64,000 nt of DNA, taken from positions 1 through 64,000 of IMG/VR virus record IMGVR_UViG_3300013131_000036, one strand, 5' to 3'. Shown here one piece after another: positions 1 to 10,579 of this stretch (its first letter is position 1; each line of letters opens with the position of its first letter). A program made the position numbers and the translations under genes. This DNA is from a virus. Under the pieces are notes generated by a model. It was not told the DNA's origin, made no database searches, and saw only the letters and a program-made list of their open reading frames with translations.

Positions 1-351
1 TCGATTGAGGAGGAAAACAAAATTCTGGATTCTTATCTGAAGTATCGTTCTGCTGAATTTGAGAACGATTCCAAGATTCAAAAGCTTCTGAGTGAAATTT
101 ACATACTGGAACTGGCCAAATACATAACAACCATCGAACTTACTGAAAAAGAACCAATAGTTTTGGATCTTAAAGGACAGACTATAGCCCAGAACATCCG
201 CACAGTGGAAAGTCTTACGGCTTCGCTTGTTCAGAAAATACTGGGATTTATTTCAAATATCAAAAATTTAGAAAATAATATAACCAGCCAGAAGATAGGT
301 GAGCAAACTGTTGATTTGAATCTAGATACGAGTTTCTTCTCCAACGTCTAA
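1..351 (+). CDS. Baseplate hub assembly protein (T4 gp26-like), 5'-truncated
   Basis: Frame 1 is open from base 1 (SIEEENKILD...) to the stop at 351. The C-terminus VDLNLDTSFF resembles gp26-family ends, and the gene precedes a tape-measure-like gene. Confidence 0.45.
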   Translation, partial: SIEEENKILDSYLKYRSAEFENDSKIQKLLSEIYILELAKYITTIELTEKEPIVLDLKGQTIAQNIRTVESLTASLVQKILGFISNIKNLENNITSQKIGEQTVDLNLDTSFFSNV

Positions 352-378
352 AAAGTATTTTTTTACTAAATATTTTGG

Positions 379-2142
379 ATGACAAGTGATGAGACGATCA
401 ATCTCTTAAAAACTCTTTCTGAAACTGTAGATAGACTGGCTTCCTTCACCCAGGGAAAAGAGGAAGGAAAAGAAGATACCATCATAGGCGAGGACGATAA
501 GCTTTCCTCAACACTTTCCACCACGGAAAAGCGCCGGTGGGAAACCATGTCCAAAATTCTTGCCAAATCCATAAAAGATATCGTGTTTCCCAAAGGAGAG
601 GAAAAAGTAGGTCGTCCCGAATTTAAAACCAAACAAGTAGAAGATCTTGTTCTTTCTCCTACTTTTGAAAAAATTCAAGAGAGTTCCAACAAATGGTTAA
701 AAATGATATTGGCTGGACTTGCTTTGGTGGGAGGTGTTGTTGCCGGTGCAATTGCTGAAATCATAAAAATTTTCAAAGGTATAAAAACATTTTTTGGTGA
801 AACAAAATTGGGTAAACTTATTGGAGGAATATTTGAAGGTTTAAAGGCAAAAGTACCTAAAGTTATATTAGGTCCCATATCTAAATTTTTTGAAACCATA
901 GGAAGGTTGTTTCGTATTTTTGAAGCCGGAAAAGGGCCCTTACTTATAGCAACAAAATTTCCCAGATTTTTTGCATTTTTTGAAGATAGCATAAGAGTTG
1001 TTTTTAAAATTTTTCAAGTAGGAACTAAAGTAGGTAGATTGTTTGGAAAACTTTTGGGGCCAATTATGGCTCTTTTTGAAGTTGTTGTTGGATTAGTTCA
1101 AGCATTTACCGATCCTAAATTGAGCGACAAATCTTTTCTTCAAAAAATAATCACGGGATTTACACAAGGAATTTTGAACTTTTTTGATTTTTTTGAAATT
1201 TTTGGATTGGATCTTTTTAAATTTGAAACCATCCGGGATCGGATAGAAGCTATATTTAAACCTTTTCGGGAAGGAAAATGGTTGCAGGGGCTGCAAGCCA
1301 TACAAGACCAACTTCTTTCCATTCTTATTTCCATACCCGGTAAGATTGTAGGTTGGATCGTAGGATGGTTCAATAAAGAATTAGGACAAAAAATAATGGA
1401 ATTTTTTGATAAATTTGATCTTGGTAAATTCAGGGAAGCAATATTCAAAAGAATAGGAAAAATTTTTGGAGGGTTAAAAGATTTTTTCAGCTCAGTGGAC
1501 GGAAAATTAAGCCCCATCCTAAACTTTTTATTCAAAGCTTTGGGTGGTCCAGTTTATCTTGCATTTGTGGCTTTCAAAAAAGTTTTTGAATATGCAATTC
1601 CCTTGATGAAAGGAATAGGTTCTATTGTTTCCAAAGTTTTTGGTTACATTAAAAGTTTTTTTAGCATGATTTTAGAAGGAATAAAGTCTCTTGCCGAAAA
1701 AATTTCAAAAATACCATTCATGAAAAAAGTTGCTGATGAACTAAAAGCCATCGCAACTGAATCAACTGTGGCTGAAATATCAGGACCGGCTCCTACCGTT
1801 ACCTCAACTCCCAAAATGACCGATATTACAGGAAAAAATAATGTTGCTTCTGCAAATATTGAAGATCTTTTTTCAACGCAAGAAGACAATACCAGTGAAG
1901 CATTTTCCATGTTTGGGGACCAAGTGGAAACACTGAACAAAACAGGAAATGTAAACAATAAAATAGCAGTGGATCAATTGAGGGAATTTAAAAATCTTAA
2001 TCAAAAATTTGACATGCTGATGGAACAAATGGCAAATAATAGAAACATAGTAAACAATGTGGTGACTCAAAATTCCATGAATAGTTTTCCACAATCAACA
2101 TCGGTGTCTGACCTGAGAAGATATCACCGGGAAAGTGATTAA
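379..2142 (+). CDS. Putative tape measure / baseplate hub protein (gp29-like)
   Basis: 587 aa with long amphipathic Phe/Gly/Lys-rich helical repeats, in a baseplate gene context. Confidence 0.55.
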   Translation: MTSDETINLLKTLSETVDRLASFTQGKEEGKEDTIIGEDDKLSSTLSTTEKRRWETMSKILAKSIKDIVFPKGEEKVGRPEFKTKQVEDLVLSPTFEKIQESSNKWLKMILAGLALVGGVVAGAIAEIIKIFKGIKTFFGETKLGKLIGGIFEGLKAKVPKVILGPISKFFETIGRLFRIFEAGKGPLLIATKFPRFFAFFEDSIRVVFKIFQVGTKVGRLFGKLLGPIMALFEVVVGLVQAFTDPKLSDKSFLQKIITGFTQGILNFFDFFEIFGLDLFKFETIRDRIEAIFKPFREGKWLQGLQAIQDQLLSILISIPGKIVGWIVGWFNKELGQKIMEFFDKFDLGKFREAIFKRIGKIFGGLKDFFSSVDGKLSPILNFLFKALGGPVYLAFVAFKKVFEYAIPLMKGIGSIVSKVFGYIKSFFSMILEGIKSLAEKISKIPFMKKVADELKAIATESTVAEISGPAPTVTSTPKMTDITGKNNVASANIEDLFSTQEDNTSEAFSMFGDQVETLNKTGNVNNKIAVDQLREFKNLNQKFDMLMEQMANNRNIVNNVVTQNSMNSFPQSTSVSDLRRYHRESD

Positions 2143-2144
2143 TC

Positions 2145-3377
2145 ATGTCAAGCTTTGTAGGAGATATATGGAAGTTTTCTGATAACCCTATTAATTTTGA
2201 GGGTCGGGACACAACCGGTGATTCCGCTCCTCCTGTTTTGGTTGGGGCCGGATATTCGGTAAGTTCTTCGATTGCTCCGGGATCCACTCAAAGATTGCGT
2301 GTGGGAGACAAGTTTCCAGTGGATGTTATCAACGGTTTTTATTGGACTCATACTCCTTTGACAAAAAGACAAGAAGTTCCTTACATATCCTTGAGTGAAA
2401 AACGTCTTAAAACCAACGCACTCATAGCCCAAGCTGCTTATAATTCCATGACCATAGGTTTATTTGATAAAACCGGATTAATTCAACGGGCTGGAAGATC
2501 GGTAGATGCCGCAGCACAAGGAAGAATAAGCGAACAATTACAAAAAGTTCAAAATTTTCTTCAGTCAGGTCCAGTAGGAAGCACCATAGATAAGCTTGGT
2601 GCCACCATTGGTGCAGCCAAAGAAAAATTTGGAAATTTTTTAGGAGGCGAAGGATTGTTTAGTCTTCCTCGATCTGATGGGGCCAGAAGTGTTTTACGTG
2701 TTTATGAAGGACTTTACATAACCGAACCAACCGGATGGGAATATACATTCCCTTATTTTGAGGATTATCAAAATGGAGTAGCCAACGATTTTGGTGACCA
2801 AAATGTGGGTGGCATAGGGGAAGGTGTCACAGCATTAGGAGCTGCTTCTCTTGTGGAAGGTTCAAGAAAAATTGCAGAAGATGTATCAGGTACAATGAAT
2901 ATCATGGAACCCGGTACATATATTGAAAAACCAAAATTTTATCAATTTCAAGACAGCGGAGATGAAATTACCGTGGCATTTCCTCTTTTAAACACAGGAC
3001 ACGCTACATACAAGGATGTTATTAGAAATTGGCAGTTGATTTATCTTTTGGTTTACCAAAATCGACCCATACGTTTTACCCGGGACTTGATTGAACCTCC
3101 GGTAATTTATGAAGTTTCATTGCCGGGTCACAAATATATGCCATATGCGTACGTCAGTCGTTTGGAAGTTCAATTTGTGGGATCACGCCGACCCATGGAA
3201 ATAACTTTCAAGGATGAAAGCAGCTTGGGCCAAGGTCAAAACAAAGTGAATACAATCATTCCGGACGGATACACTGTGCAAATAACACTCAAGGGACTTG
3301 TGGCAGAAACTCGTAATTTTTTATACACATCCCTTAATGCGGATCCTGTTACTGTAACCTCAACAGGAGGTATATAA
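2145..3377 (+). CDS. Putative baseplate / tail-tube initiator protein
   Basis: 410 aa between the tape-measure-like and gp53-like genes. The beta-rich C-terminus (YAYVSRLEVQF...YTVQITLK) resembles tube-fold proteins. Confidence 0.4.
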   Translation: MSSFVGDIWKFSDNPINFEGRDTTGDSAPPVLVGAGYSVSSSIAPGSTQRLRVGDKFPVDVINGFYWTHTPLTKRQEVPYISLSEKRLKTNALIAQAAYNSMTIGLFDKTGLIQRAGRSVDAAAQGRISEQLQKVQNFLQSGPVGSTIDKLGATIGAAKEKFGNFLGGEGLFSLPRSDGARSVLRVYEGLYITEPTGWEYTFPYFEDYQNGVANDFGDQNVGGIGEGVTALGAASLVEGSRKIAEDVSGTMNIMEPGTYIEKPKFYQFQDSGDEITVAFPLLNTGHATYKDVIRNWQLIYLLVYQNRPIRFTRDLIEPPVIYEVSLPGHKYMPYAYVSRLEVQFVGSRRPMEITFKDESSLGQGQNKVNTIIPDGYTVQITLKGLVAETRNFLYTSLNADPVTVTSTGGI

Positions 3378-3379
3378 TC

Positions 3380-3751
3380 ATGATTGATCTGGGCCAACAA
3401 CAAAATGATATACCTGATTTGGATCCTTTGAATCCATCCCGGTATGAAAATATTTTTAAATTATATAAAGACAGTAACTCCATTTATTTTTATAATATTT
3501 TAAACAATATTGTTGTGCCTGAAAGTATTGATAAGCAGTTTTTTTATATAATAAAAATAAATCGACGTGTTCCTTGGACAACTATTAGTTATGAACAATA
3601 TGGAACAATAGACTTGTGGTGGTTCATATGTCTTGTAAATAAAATCATCAATCCTATAAAATTTGCAGAACCGGGAACCGAATTAAAAGTTATAAGAAGA
3701 AACTATCTAGCAACCATACTAAACATAATTCAAAAAAACGTTAATTTATGA
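3380..3751 (+). CDS. gp53: Baseplate wedge protein gp53-like (LysM-like)
   Basis: Motif ISYEQYGTIDLWWFICLVNKIINP...GTELKV is typical of gp53. Confidence 0.75.
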   Translation: MIDLGQQQNDIPDLDPLNPSRYENIFKLYKDSNSIYFYNILNNIVVPESIDKQFFYIIKINRRVPWTTISYEQYGTIDLWWFICLVNKIINPIKFAEPGTELKVIRRNYLATILNIIQKNVNL

Positions 3752-5358
3752 GTTTGCCGTTGCCTATTACCAACCTGCAAAATTATGATGATCAGGTTGT
3801 TCAAATCAATGATATTTTATACAAATATAATATATTATTGTTTAATCCAGATTTGGATGTGGTCCGCATAAAACAGTCTGCAATAAAAACATTATTTTTG
3901 GAGGACAACCTAGACCTTTTTTATCACAGAGGTTACTTGATATATGACAATAAATTTGATGTTATTGAATCTTTAAATTCTCTTCAATCCAATTTTTATT
4001 CAACACCTTCTTTAATGGATGGAACACAGCGAGGAACAGGATCCAAAGGATATCGGTATCGGGGAGACGCCCGTGACTTTTTGATTGTGGATATCATGCC
4101 GGAAGTTTCTCCCGGAACCATAAAAAAAGGGAATATAAATGAAAAAGATCAGAAAGTTTTTAATCTTCGATTTGTTTTTACCATTTACGATACAGAAGAT
4201 ATTCGGGGCGATAAGCTAAACGAAAAATACAAAAAGCTGTATTTTCATGATTTTTCTTATCAAATCATGACAGAAAAAGAAGTATATTTCACAACTTCTG
4301 ATTATGTTGAAGAAAAGGATATTATTCGTCTGAATAATCAAGGACGTGGGATTGATACAGGAAATGCCATCCAAAATTTAATTAAAAAAACATTCAATCC
4401 AGAAGAGGGTTATAGTCCTAAATTTTCACAAAAATGGGACATAGGAGGAAGTTCTATTTTTTACAGTAGCCCTGCACAATTCAAAGCGATTGATGATCTT
4501 AACTATCTTTTGAGCTACCACGTAAGTTCTCCGGAATCAGATTATGATAATTGCTATCTTCGTATAGAAAGATATACCGATGAATGGAAACTGGAAAGTT
4601 TTAAAGATTTATTTAAATCTGCTTTCTTTAACTCTCCCGCTCTTTCTCAGTTTGGTTTATCTGAGTCTTCAGGTCCGGGGCTTGTTGAAAGTTTCTTTTT
4701 GGGAATGCCGATGGATGATTCTGCTGTATCAGATGTTCAAAACCGTATTCCTGATTTTGCCGGAAACATGGTAAGTTATAATGATTCCAGCATTTTAAAT
4801 CGTTATGAATTCACAAATATTTCCGGAAAAGATTCCCAAAACGAATTGGTTTCACACCTGGTTCATAGCCATAATTCAAACACAAATACCTTCAGAATAG
4901 ATTTTGAAAACAATAGTTTGGATACTGCATCTAAAACTTATTATGACAACTACGTGCGTAATCTAAAAGGATCCGGGGGCAATGCACCCGCATCTAATCT
5001 GTCCCTGAATCAATACAGAACCAAACAACAAAACATCAAAAATGTTTTTACCATCAGCAGCGAGAGTCAAACACAAAGATATTCATTTGGGCGCAATGAA
5101 ATACTTTATTCTTCATTGTTTCTGAACAATTGTATCAAGTTTAGAACCAAAGGTGTTACCAGCCGTCAAGCTGGTCAATTCATCAGCATACAGCGGCATA
5201 ATACTGTTCCGGACAACTATTTTGATGACAAAAATTTAGGCATATATCTGATAATTCGATGTGAGCATGTGTTTGTGGATCAAAAATATTTTAATGAAAT
5301 TTTTGCCGTCAAAACATACAATTATAAGGATCCTAAATTCACCGCCAAAACACTATGA
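3748..5358 (+). CDS. Baseplate hub protein (gp27/VgrG-like)
   Basis: N-terminal LFLEDNL...GYLIYD and C-terminal RQAGQFI...LGIYLIIRCEHVF pattern of hub proteins; translationally coupled to the gp53-like gene. Confidence 0.55.
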   Translation: MSLPLPITNLQNYDDQVVQINDILYKYNILLFNPDLDVVRIKQSAIKTLFLEDNLDLFYHRGYLIYDNKFDVIESLNSLQSNFYSTPSLMDGTQRGTGSKGYRYRGDARDFLIVDIMPEVSPGTIKKGNINEKDQKVFNLRFVFTIYDTEDIRGDKLNEKYKKLYFHDFSYQIMTEKEVYFTTSDYVEEKDIIRLNNQGRGIDTGNAIQNLIKKTFNPEEGYSPKFSQKWDIGGSSIFYSSPAQFKAIDDLNYLLSYHVSSPESDYDNCYLRIERYTDEWKLESFKDLFKSAFFNSPALSQFGLSESSGPGLVESFFLGMPMDDSAVSDVQNRIPDFAGNMVSYNDSSILNRYEFTNISGKDSQNELVSHLVHSHNSNTNTFRIDFENNSLDTASKTYYDNYVRNLKGSGGNAPASNLSLNQYRTKQQNIKNVFTISSESQTQRYSFGRNEILYSSLFLNNCIKFRTKGVTSRQAGQFISIQRHNTVPDNYFDDKNLGIYLIIRCEHVFVDQKYFNEIFAVKTYNYKDPKFTAKTL

Positions 5359-6209
5359 ACAACATAAAAACAATTGATCCGGAAATGGTATCGGCCCAGC
5401 TTTTCTTTAAAAAAGAATTTTATCAGTCTGCTTCAAACTACCTGGATTTTATTGGCAATCGCACAAAAGAACTGGATCTTTTTCTTGAATGGAACAAAAC
5501 AGATTATGCGAATGACCCAATAACAGCAAAAACAAATTTTTTTAAAAAATTAGACATATCCAATTTAGATGCTGATTTTGCGGCACATTGGTTGAAACAA
5601 TACAACACATCTCTTTCTGAGGTAAAAGACAAAGTAAAATTTGAAATGGGCGGTGATTCAATTTATTCCCGGGGTCAGTCCGATTGCGTGGGGTCGTTGG
5701 CAAGAATGAGCAATTACGCCAACAATTCGACCCAGCTTCTTTCGGATCGGGATATGAAAAATCTTCCGGTACCTTCAATTTATGGGGCTGGACTGGAAAA
5801 TCAGCTGAGTAACAACGCAAAAATAGTAAATTCGGCTTTTTCAAAAGCAGCTAACAGTTTGTTTCGCTATGCCGGTTTTAATATACAAGAAAAGGTTTCG
5901 GAAAATACACTTTCTCATGGTCAAAATTTAATACCGGACTATGGTCATTATCAAAGAATGATGAAAGTAGTTAATGATCTTACACAAAAACTCCGACAGG
6001 ATTTTAAGGATTTTTTCAAAGTTACGGAATTTTATTCCAATTATAATCCCAATAGCAGATCCACAAATGTTCAGGTTATACCTCCAACAATTGTCACGAC
6101 TCTTGTGGAGGGTCAAGTGCAATATCAAACAAAATTAAAAAGCCGTGCCGCCGACATTTTAACATCCTACACAAACAAAGCTGCTTTAGACACTATTCCG
6201 ATTTCTTAG
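5355..6209 (+). CDS. Hypothetical protein (likely virion-associated)
   Basis: 284-aa ORF with an ATGA overlap on the hub gene. Confidence 0.6.
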   Translation: MNNIKTIDPEMVSAQLFFKKEFYQSASNYLDFIGNRTKELDLFLEWNKTDYANDPITAKTNFFKKLDISNLDADFAAHWLKQYNTSLSEVKDKVKFEMGGDSIYSRGQSDCVGSLARMSNYANNSTQLLSDRDMKNLPVPSIYGAGLENQLSNNAKIVNSAFSKAANSLFRYAGFNIQEKVSENTLSHGQNLIPDYGHYQRMMKVVNDLTQKLRQDFKDFFKVTEFYSNYNPNSRSTNVQVIPPTIVTTLVEGQVQYQTKLKSRAADILTSYTNKAALDTIPIS

Positions 6210-6654
6210 CTTCCAGGGTAACACTTTCTATACCGACCGAAGATCGCATCAATTGCTTTAAAATTTCTTCCCGTGTGAAAGTAACACGATTTTCATCGTT
6301 TGTGTTTTTAAGTTCCTTTTTGGAAGCTATGTCCAAGAGCTTTATTTCCTTGGCAGTTTTGTCTTTCTTTTCGGCCAGATTAATTTTGTTGAGGGTGTCT
6401 ATCGCGGCAGTACTGGCTTTGATAAGTTCAGATATTGCCAATATCTCTTTGCTTTCAGGACTGTGAGCTATATAATCCTTCATGGAAAGGATCAGTTCGT
6501 TGGTTTCTTTTATCAATCTGGCCGATTGTTGTATGACAAAATCTTCAACCTCCCCTTTGTCCAATCTTGTTTCCGGGCTGCGAGGTGTCTCAGAAAGTGC
6601 CTGAACTTCCTTTAATTGATCCAATAAATTCTTGACTTTAACCTTTTGATCCAT
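6193..6654 (-). CDS. Putative terminase small subunit (gp16-like)
   Basis: Helical AISELIKASTAAIDTLNK...VTFTREEILKQL pattern. Start placed at ATG 6654, 8 nt after TAAATA. Confidence 0.5.
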   Translation of the reverse strand: MDQKVKVKNLLDQLKEVQALSETPRSPETRLDKGEVEDFVIQQSARLIKETNELILSMKDYIAHSPESKEILAISELIKASTAAIDTLNKINLAEKKDKTAKEIKLLDIASKKELKNTNDENRVTFTREEILKQLMRSSVGIESVTLEAKKSE

Positions 6655-6677
6655 ATCATATATATTTACGGTCAATC

Positions 6678-7613
6678 ATGAATATTGCAAATAACCTATG
6701 GGTTGAAAAATATCGACCAAAAACCCTTGATGAGATCATTTTGGACAATAAAACCCGGGAATTTGTAAAAAATTGTCTGCAAAAGAAAACCATTCCACAT
6801 CTTTTACTTTATGGAAAACAAGGAATGGGAAAAACATCCTTGGCCAAAATCATAGTAAAAGAACTTGGTTGTGATTATCTTTATATCAATGCTTCGGACA
6901 CACGGGGAATTGACACGGTTCGGGATGAAATCAAAAATTTTCTGCAGCTCATGCCCAGCAACGGATCCATTCAGATTGTGATACTGGACGAATTTGATGG
7001 ATTTACGGCGGATGCGATGCGGGCACTTCGCAACATGTTGGAGGAATATTCTGAAACAAACCGGTTTATTTTTACCTGTAATGATATTAGCAGGGTAATC
7101 GAACCTATTCGAAGTCGAGTACAAGAAATAAACGTTTACAATCCTCCCATAAAAAACTGTTTGGAACGGTGCATCAATATTCTTAAGAACGAAAAAATTG
7201 AAATTAATGATAAAAACAAAGCAATAATTTCAAACAAAGTAAAAGCTTTTTATCCGGACATACGCAAAATCATATTTGAATTGCAGACATCCTTGGATCT
7301 TTCCATCAATTTGAATGATAATGTTCAAAATCTTGAAAGTGTGGCAGCCAATATATTAAACAAACTTTCAAAAGAAGATTTTGTATCTGTAAGAAAATAT
7401 ATTATAGAAAATGAAAAAGCATTTAATGCCGATTATCCGGATCTTTTAAAGAAAATATGCGAAGTTATTTTTTATTCAGATATGGATAATGAAAAGAAAA
7501 AGAAGTGTTTTTTGGAAATATCAGAGCATTTGTACAGGTGCAAACAGGTTCTGGATCAAGAAATCAACTTTTCTGCCTGTATTTGTAAACTACAGGAGGT
7601 TATTGGTTCTTAG
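6678..7613 (+). CDS. gp44: Clamp loader ATPase subunit (gp44 / RFC small subunit family)
   Basis: LWVEKYRP, Walker A GKQGMGKT, Walker B ILDEFD, and IRSR. Confidence 0.92.
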   Translation: MNIANNLWVEKYRPKTLDEIILDNKTREFVKNCLQKKTIPHLLLYGKQGMGKTSLAKIIVKELGCDYLYINASDTRGIDTVRDEIKNFLQLMPSNGSIQIVILDEFDGFTADAMRALRNMLEEYSETNRFIFTCNDISRVIEPIRSRVQEINVYNPPIKNCLERCINILKNEKIEINDKNKAIISNKVKAFYPDIRKIIFELQTSLDLSINLNDNVQNLESVAANILNKLSKEDFVSVRKYIIENEKAFNADYPDLLKKICEVIFYSDMDNEKKKKCFLEISEHLYRCKQVLDQEINFSACICKLQEVIGS

Positions 7614-8211
7614 GAAGATAGTTGTAAGTGTACGAAGCAACGCTGGGATTCTTGGAACCTTCAGCAGGTTTGGAAGGAATCTTAACATTTGAGTTTTTAA
7701 GCTCAATTTCAGAAGGTGTATTTTTGCCGTTACCCTTGTCGGTCTGTGAAGTTTGATAGGTCGGATTCAAATAGGTGGCACCCTTTTGCTTTTCTTCTTC
7801 AATTTCTTCCGGCTTGATGTTGCTGTTGTTAGGACGCTTCAAACTTTCAGGAACTTCCGGAAGATTGGGGTAATAATCCTTGTATTCCAGAATGGAAGCA
7901 GGAAGAGTCAGGAAATCTTTGTAAAGTCCGGGGGCCAGTTCCAGCGTGACATCACAATAAAAGTCATCCGCGTTGTTTGCTTCCACAAAACCGGGCTGAA
8001 CGCTGGGACGATTGGTTTTTACGGCACTCACCCGCATCAAAAGACCACTATCCGCAAACTGTTTGGCTTTTTCTAGAATAGCCCCACCCTGTTTTTGGAA
8101 CCATTCATTCTTCAGGGCACCGTCTTTGAATTTGACAATATCTCCAGTCAGGAATCCGCCACGGGTGTAACGGCTTATGAATGATTCGTACAAACCTGTG
8201 AATTTTCTCAT
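7600..8211 (-). CDS. Hypothetical late protein
   Basis: 203 aa, with TAAATA 6 nt upstream of the ATG. Confidence 0.65.
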   Translation of the reverse strand: MRKFTGLYESFISRYTRGGFLTGDIVKFKDGALKNEWFQKQGGAILEKAKQFADSGLLMRVSAVKTNRPSVQPGFVEANNADDFYCDVTLELAPGLYKDFLTLPASILEYKDYYPNLPEVPESLKRPNNSNIKPEEIEEEKQKGATYLNPTYQTSQTDKGNGKNTPSEIELKNSNVKIPSKPAEGSKNPSVASYTYNYLPKNQ

Positions 8212-8262
8212 CTTGAATATTTACCTTTAAAAACAAACTTTTATATTAAATATTTATAAAAT

Positions 8263-8736
8263 ATGGCCGCCATAAACCTATCCTTTCTGCAGCAACCACC
8301 CAAGGTAGACGACCATGTTTACAAAGATATTCATTTTGATTTAGAAAAGAATTACACCCGTGGTACTGAATTAGATAAAAAGCTGGAAATCAAGGATTTA
8401 AAAAGTGACTATGATTTGGATGCAATAAAAAACAGTCTTTTCAATTTGTTTACAACATTACCTGGTCAAAAAATTCTAAACCCTGTGTATGGTTTGAATC
8501 TTATGCAATTTGTTTTCACAAATCTGAGTGAAGCAAATGCCCGACTGATCGGTAAAGTTATTTTTGAAGGCACCGAATTGTTTGAACCGAGGGTTACCAT
8601 TTTAAATATTAATGTGAATGTAGATTACGATCAAAATCAGTATACAATAAACATGCGGATAAATGTGCCTTCTCTTAATCTTTCCAACGTAAGTATTAAG
8701 GGAGTTTTAAAAGATAGCGGATTCTACTTCATCTAA
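8263..8736 (+). CDS. gp25: Baseplate wedge protein gp25
   Basis: DAIKNSLFNLFTTLPGQKILNPVYG...FEPRV motif. Confidence 0.9.
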   Translation: MAAINLSFLQQPPKVDDHVYKDIHFDLEKNYTRGTELDKKLEIKDLKSDYDLDAIKNSLFNLFTTLPGQKILNPVYGLNLMQFVFTNLSEANARLIGKVIFEGTELFEPRVTILNINVNVDYDQNQYTINMRINVPSLNLSNVSIKGVLKDSGFYFI

Positions 8737-8738
8737 TT

Positions 8739-10571
8739 ATGGCAAACGAAATTTCAAAAACAGACTTTCCATTGCAGCAAAATGCATATGCTGCGTTTGA
8801 TGCCCAAAGTTTAAAGAGCTTGATGCTTGATCAGCTTAACCGGGGTGGTGTGTTCACAGACCAGATTTTTGAAGGCAGCAATTTCAACAGTTTCCTGGAC
8901 GTGATTGCATATAGCTATCATGTTCTTTTGTTTTATCTCAACAAAACATCATCGGAAAGCTTGTTTTCTCAGGCACAACTGTATGAAAACATGAATCGGA
9001 TTGTTAAACTGATAGATTATAAACCCATAGGCTATCAAACAAGTTTGCTTTCGTTTAATACAATTACCAGTGAAAATCTTCCGACAGGAACATACACAAT
9101 TCCAAGATATTCATATTTTATTATTAACGGTGTTCAATACGCGTTTAAAGAAGATGTGACATTCACAAAAACAGAAGATGGTGGGGTTTCACTGGAACAA
9201 TTGTCAAAAAATAATCTTCTTTATCAAGGAAGATTTGTTGAATATCCCATCTATACCGCAATAGGAGAACCTTTTGAAATTCTACGAGTAATTTTGGTTG
9301 ATCAAAATGGAAATTCTCCGTTTGTTGATCATTTTACCATGAATGTGTATGTAAAAGATAAAATAACCCAACAATGGTCGTTATGGTCACAAGTTCCCAA
9401 TCTTTTCCTTTATGAAAATCAAGATGAAATTTATGAACTTCGTTTCAATGAAAATGGAAAATATGAAATAAAATTTGGAGATGATGTAACTGGAAAAAAG
9501 CTAAAAAGTGGAGATGAGGTTTTGGTTTATTATTTGCAAAGCGATGGAACCCCGGGAGAAGTTGGAGTTGGAACCATAGACGGAAACGGGTTATTTCAAT
9601 ACAGCAGTTCCAATTATACTACGGTTACAAATGACACTAAAAATATAACATATATGACACCTGGTCAGTTTGCTTTTCTCACATTTACAAATTCAGACCC
9701 TTCAACAAAATTTGGGGAACCTGAAACTGTTGATAACATTCGGGAAAATGCCCCCAACACATTCAAACGGCAATATCGTTTGATTACAACAAATGATTTT
9801 AAAGGTTATATAACCAACACATTCAAAAATATTGTTCATGATGTTCAGGTTGTTAACAACAAAGAATATTTGAACGGACACATAAAATATCTTTATAATC
9901 TGGGGCTAAAATATCCTTCACTCGAAAGCAGAGTTTTATACAATCAAGTAACTTTTGCAGACACATGCAATTTCAACAACATCTATTGTTATCTTGTTCC
10001 CAAGCTTCAAAAAGCAAACTCTGTTAAAGTAAACAATAATTTTGTGACAGACGCCCTAAAACAATACATAGAGTCTTTTATAGATCCTATAAAATTGACT
10101 TCTTCTGAGGTGATATATTCCGATCCAGTTTATATGGCATTTAACTTGGGAATATCACTTCCTGTCGAAACATTAGATAAAGACATTTATAAACAAACAA
10201 AACTTATAATTGTTAAAAAATTTGATTCACGGGTAAATGATGATGAAATCAAAAGCGTGGTCACAAAAATATTTGAAAATTATTTTGATCCTAATAATGC
10301 AAAACTACACCAAACAATTGATTTAACTACTCTCAATAATTCTGTGGCAGAGATAAACGGTGTCAAAAGTTTTTATACTAAAAGAATTGCAGAAGATGGT
10401 CGTACGATAGAAGCAGACGGAATCAGTCTTCTTTACTGGAATAGTGTGTACAGCAAAGAAGATATTCATGTTTCAACCCAAAATATAAATATGGAATATT
10501 TTCAGTTCCCGTATCTTTACGACAGAGACAATTTCTTGGAAAGAATAGAAATTGTTGTTGAAACCGTTTAA
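8739..10571 (+). CDS. gp6: Baseplate wedge protein gp6
   Basis: FEGSNF..LDVIAY, YEIKFGDDVTGK and ETVDNIRENAP...QYRLITTNDF motifs. Confidence 0.9.
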   Translation: MANEISKTDFPLQQNAYAAFDAQSLKSLMLDQLNRGGVFTDQIFEGSNFNSFLDVIAYSYHVLLFYLNKTSSESLFSQAQLYENMNRIVKLIDYKPIGYQTSLLSFNTITSENLPTGTYTIPRYSYFIINGVQYAFKEDVTFTKTEDGGVSLEQLSKNNLLYQGRFVEYPIYTAIGEPFEILRVILVDQNGNSPFVDHFTMNVYVKDKITQQWSLWSQVPNLFLYENQDEIYELRFNENGKYEIKFGDDVTGKKLKSGDEVLVYYLQSDGTPGEVGVGTIDGNGLFQYSSSNYTTVTNDTKNITYMTPGQFAFLTFTNSDPSTKFGEPETVDNIRENAPNTFKRQYRLITTNDFKGYITNTFKNIVHDVQVVNNKEYLNGHIKYLYNLGLKYPSLESRVLYNQVTFADTCNFNNIYCYLVPKLQKANSVKVNNNFVTDALKQYIESFIDPIKLTSSEVIYSDPVYMAFNLGISLPVETLDKDIYKQTKLIIVKKFDSRVNDDEIKSVVTKIFENYFDPNNAKLHQTIDLTTLNNSVAEINGVKSFYTKRIAEDGRTIEADGISLLYWNSVYSKEDIHVSTQNINMEYFQFPYLYDRDNFLERIEIVVETV

Positions 10572-10579
10572 CATGGCAT

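Noticed and set aside
379-10571. Bacterial contractile injection system (eCIS/T6SS) locus
   Set aside because: Capsid, protease, neck and a T4-type replisome in the same window indicate a phage.
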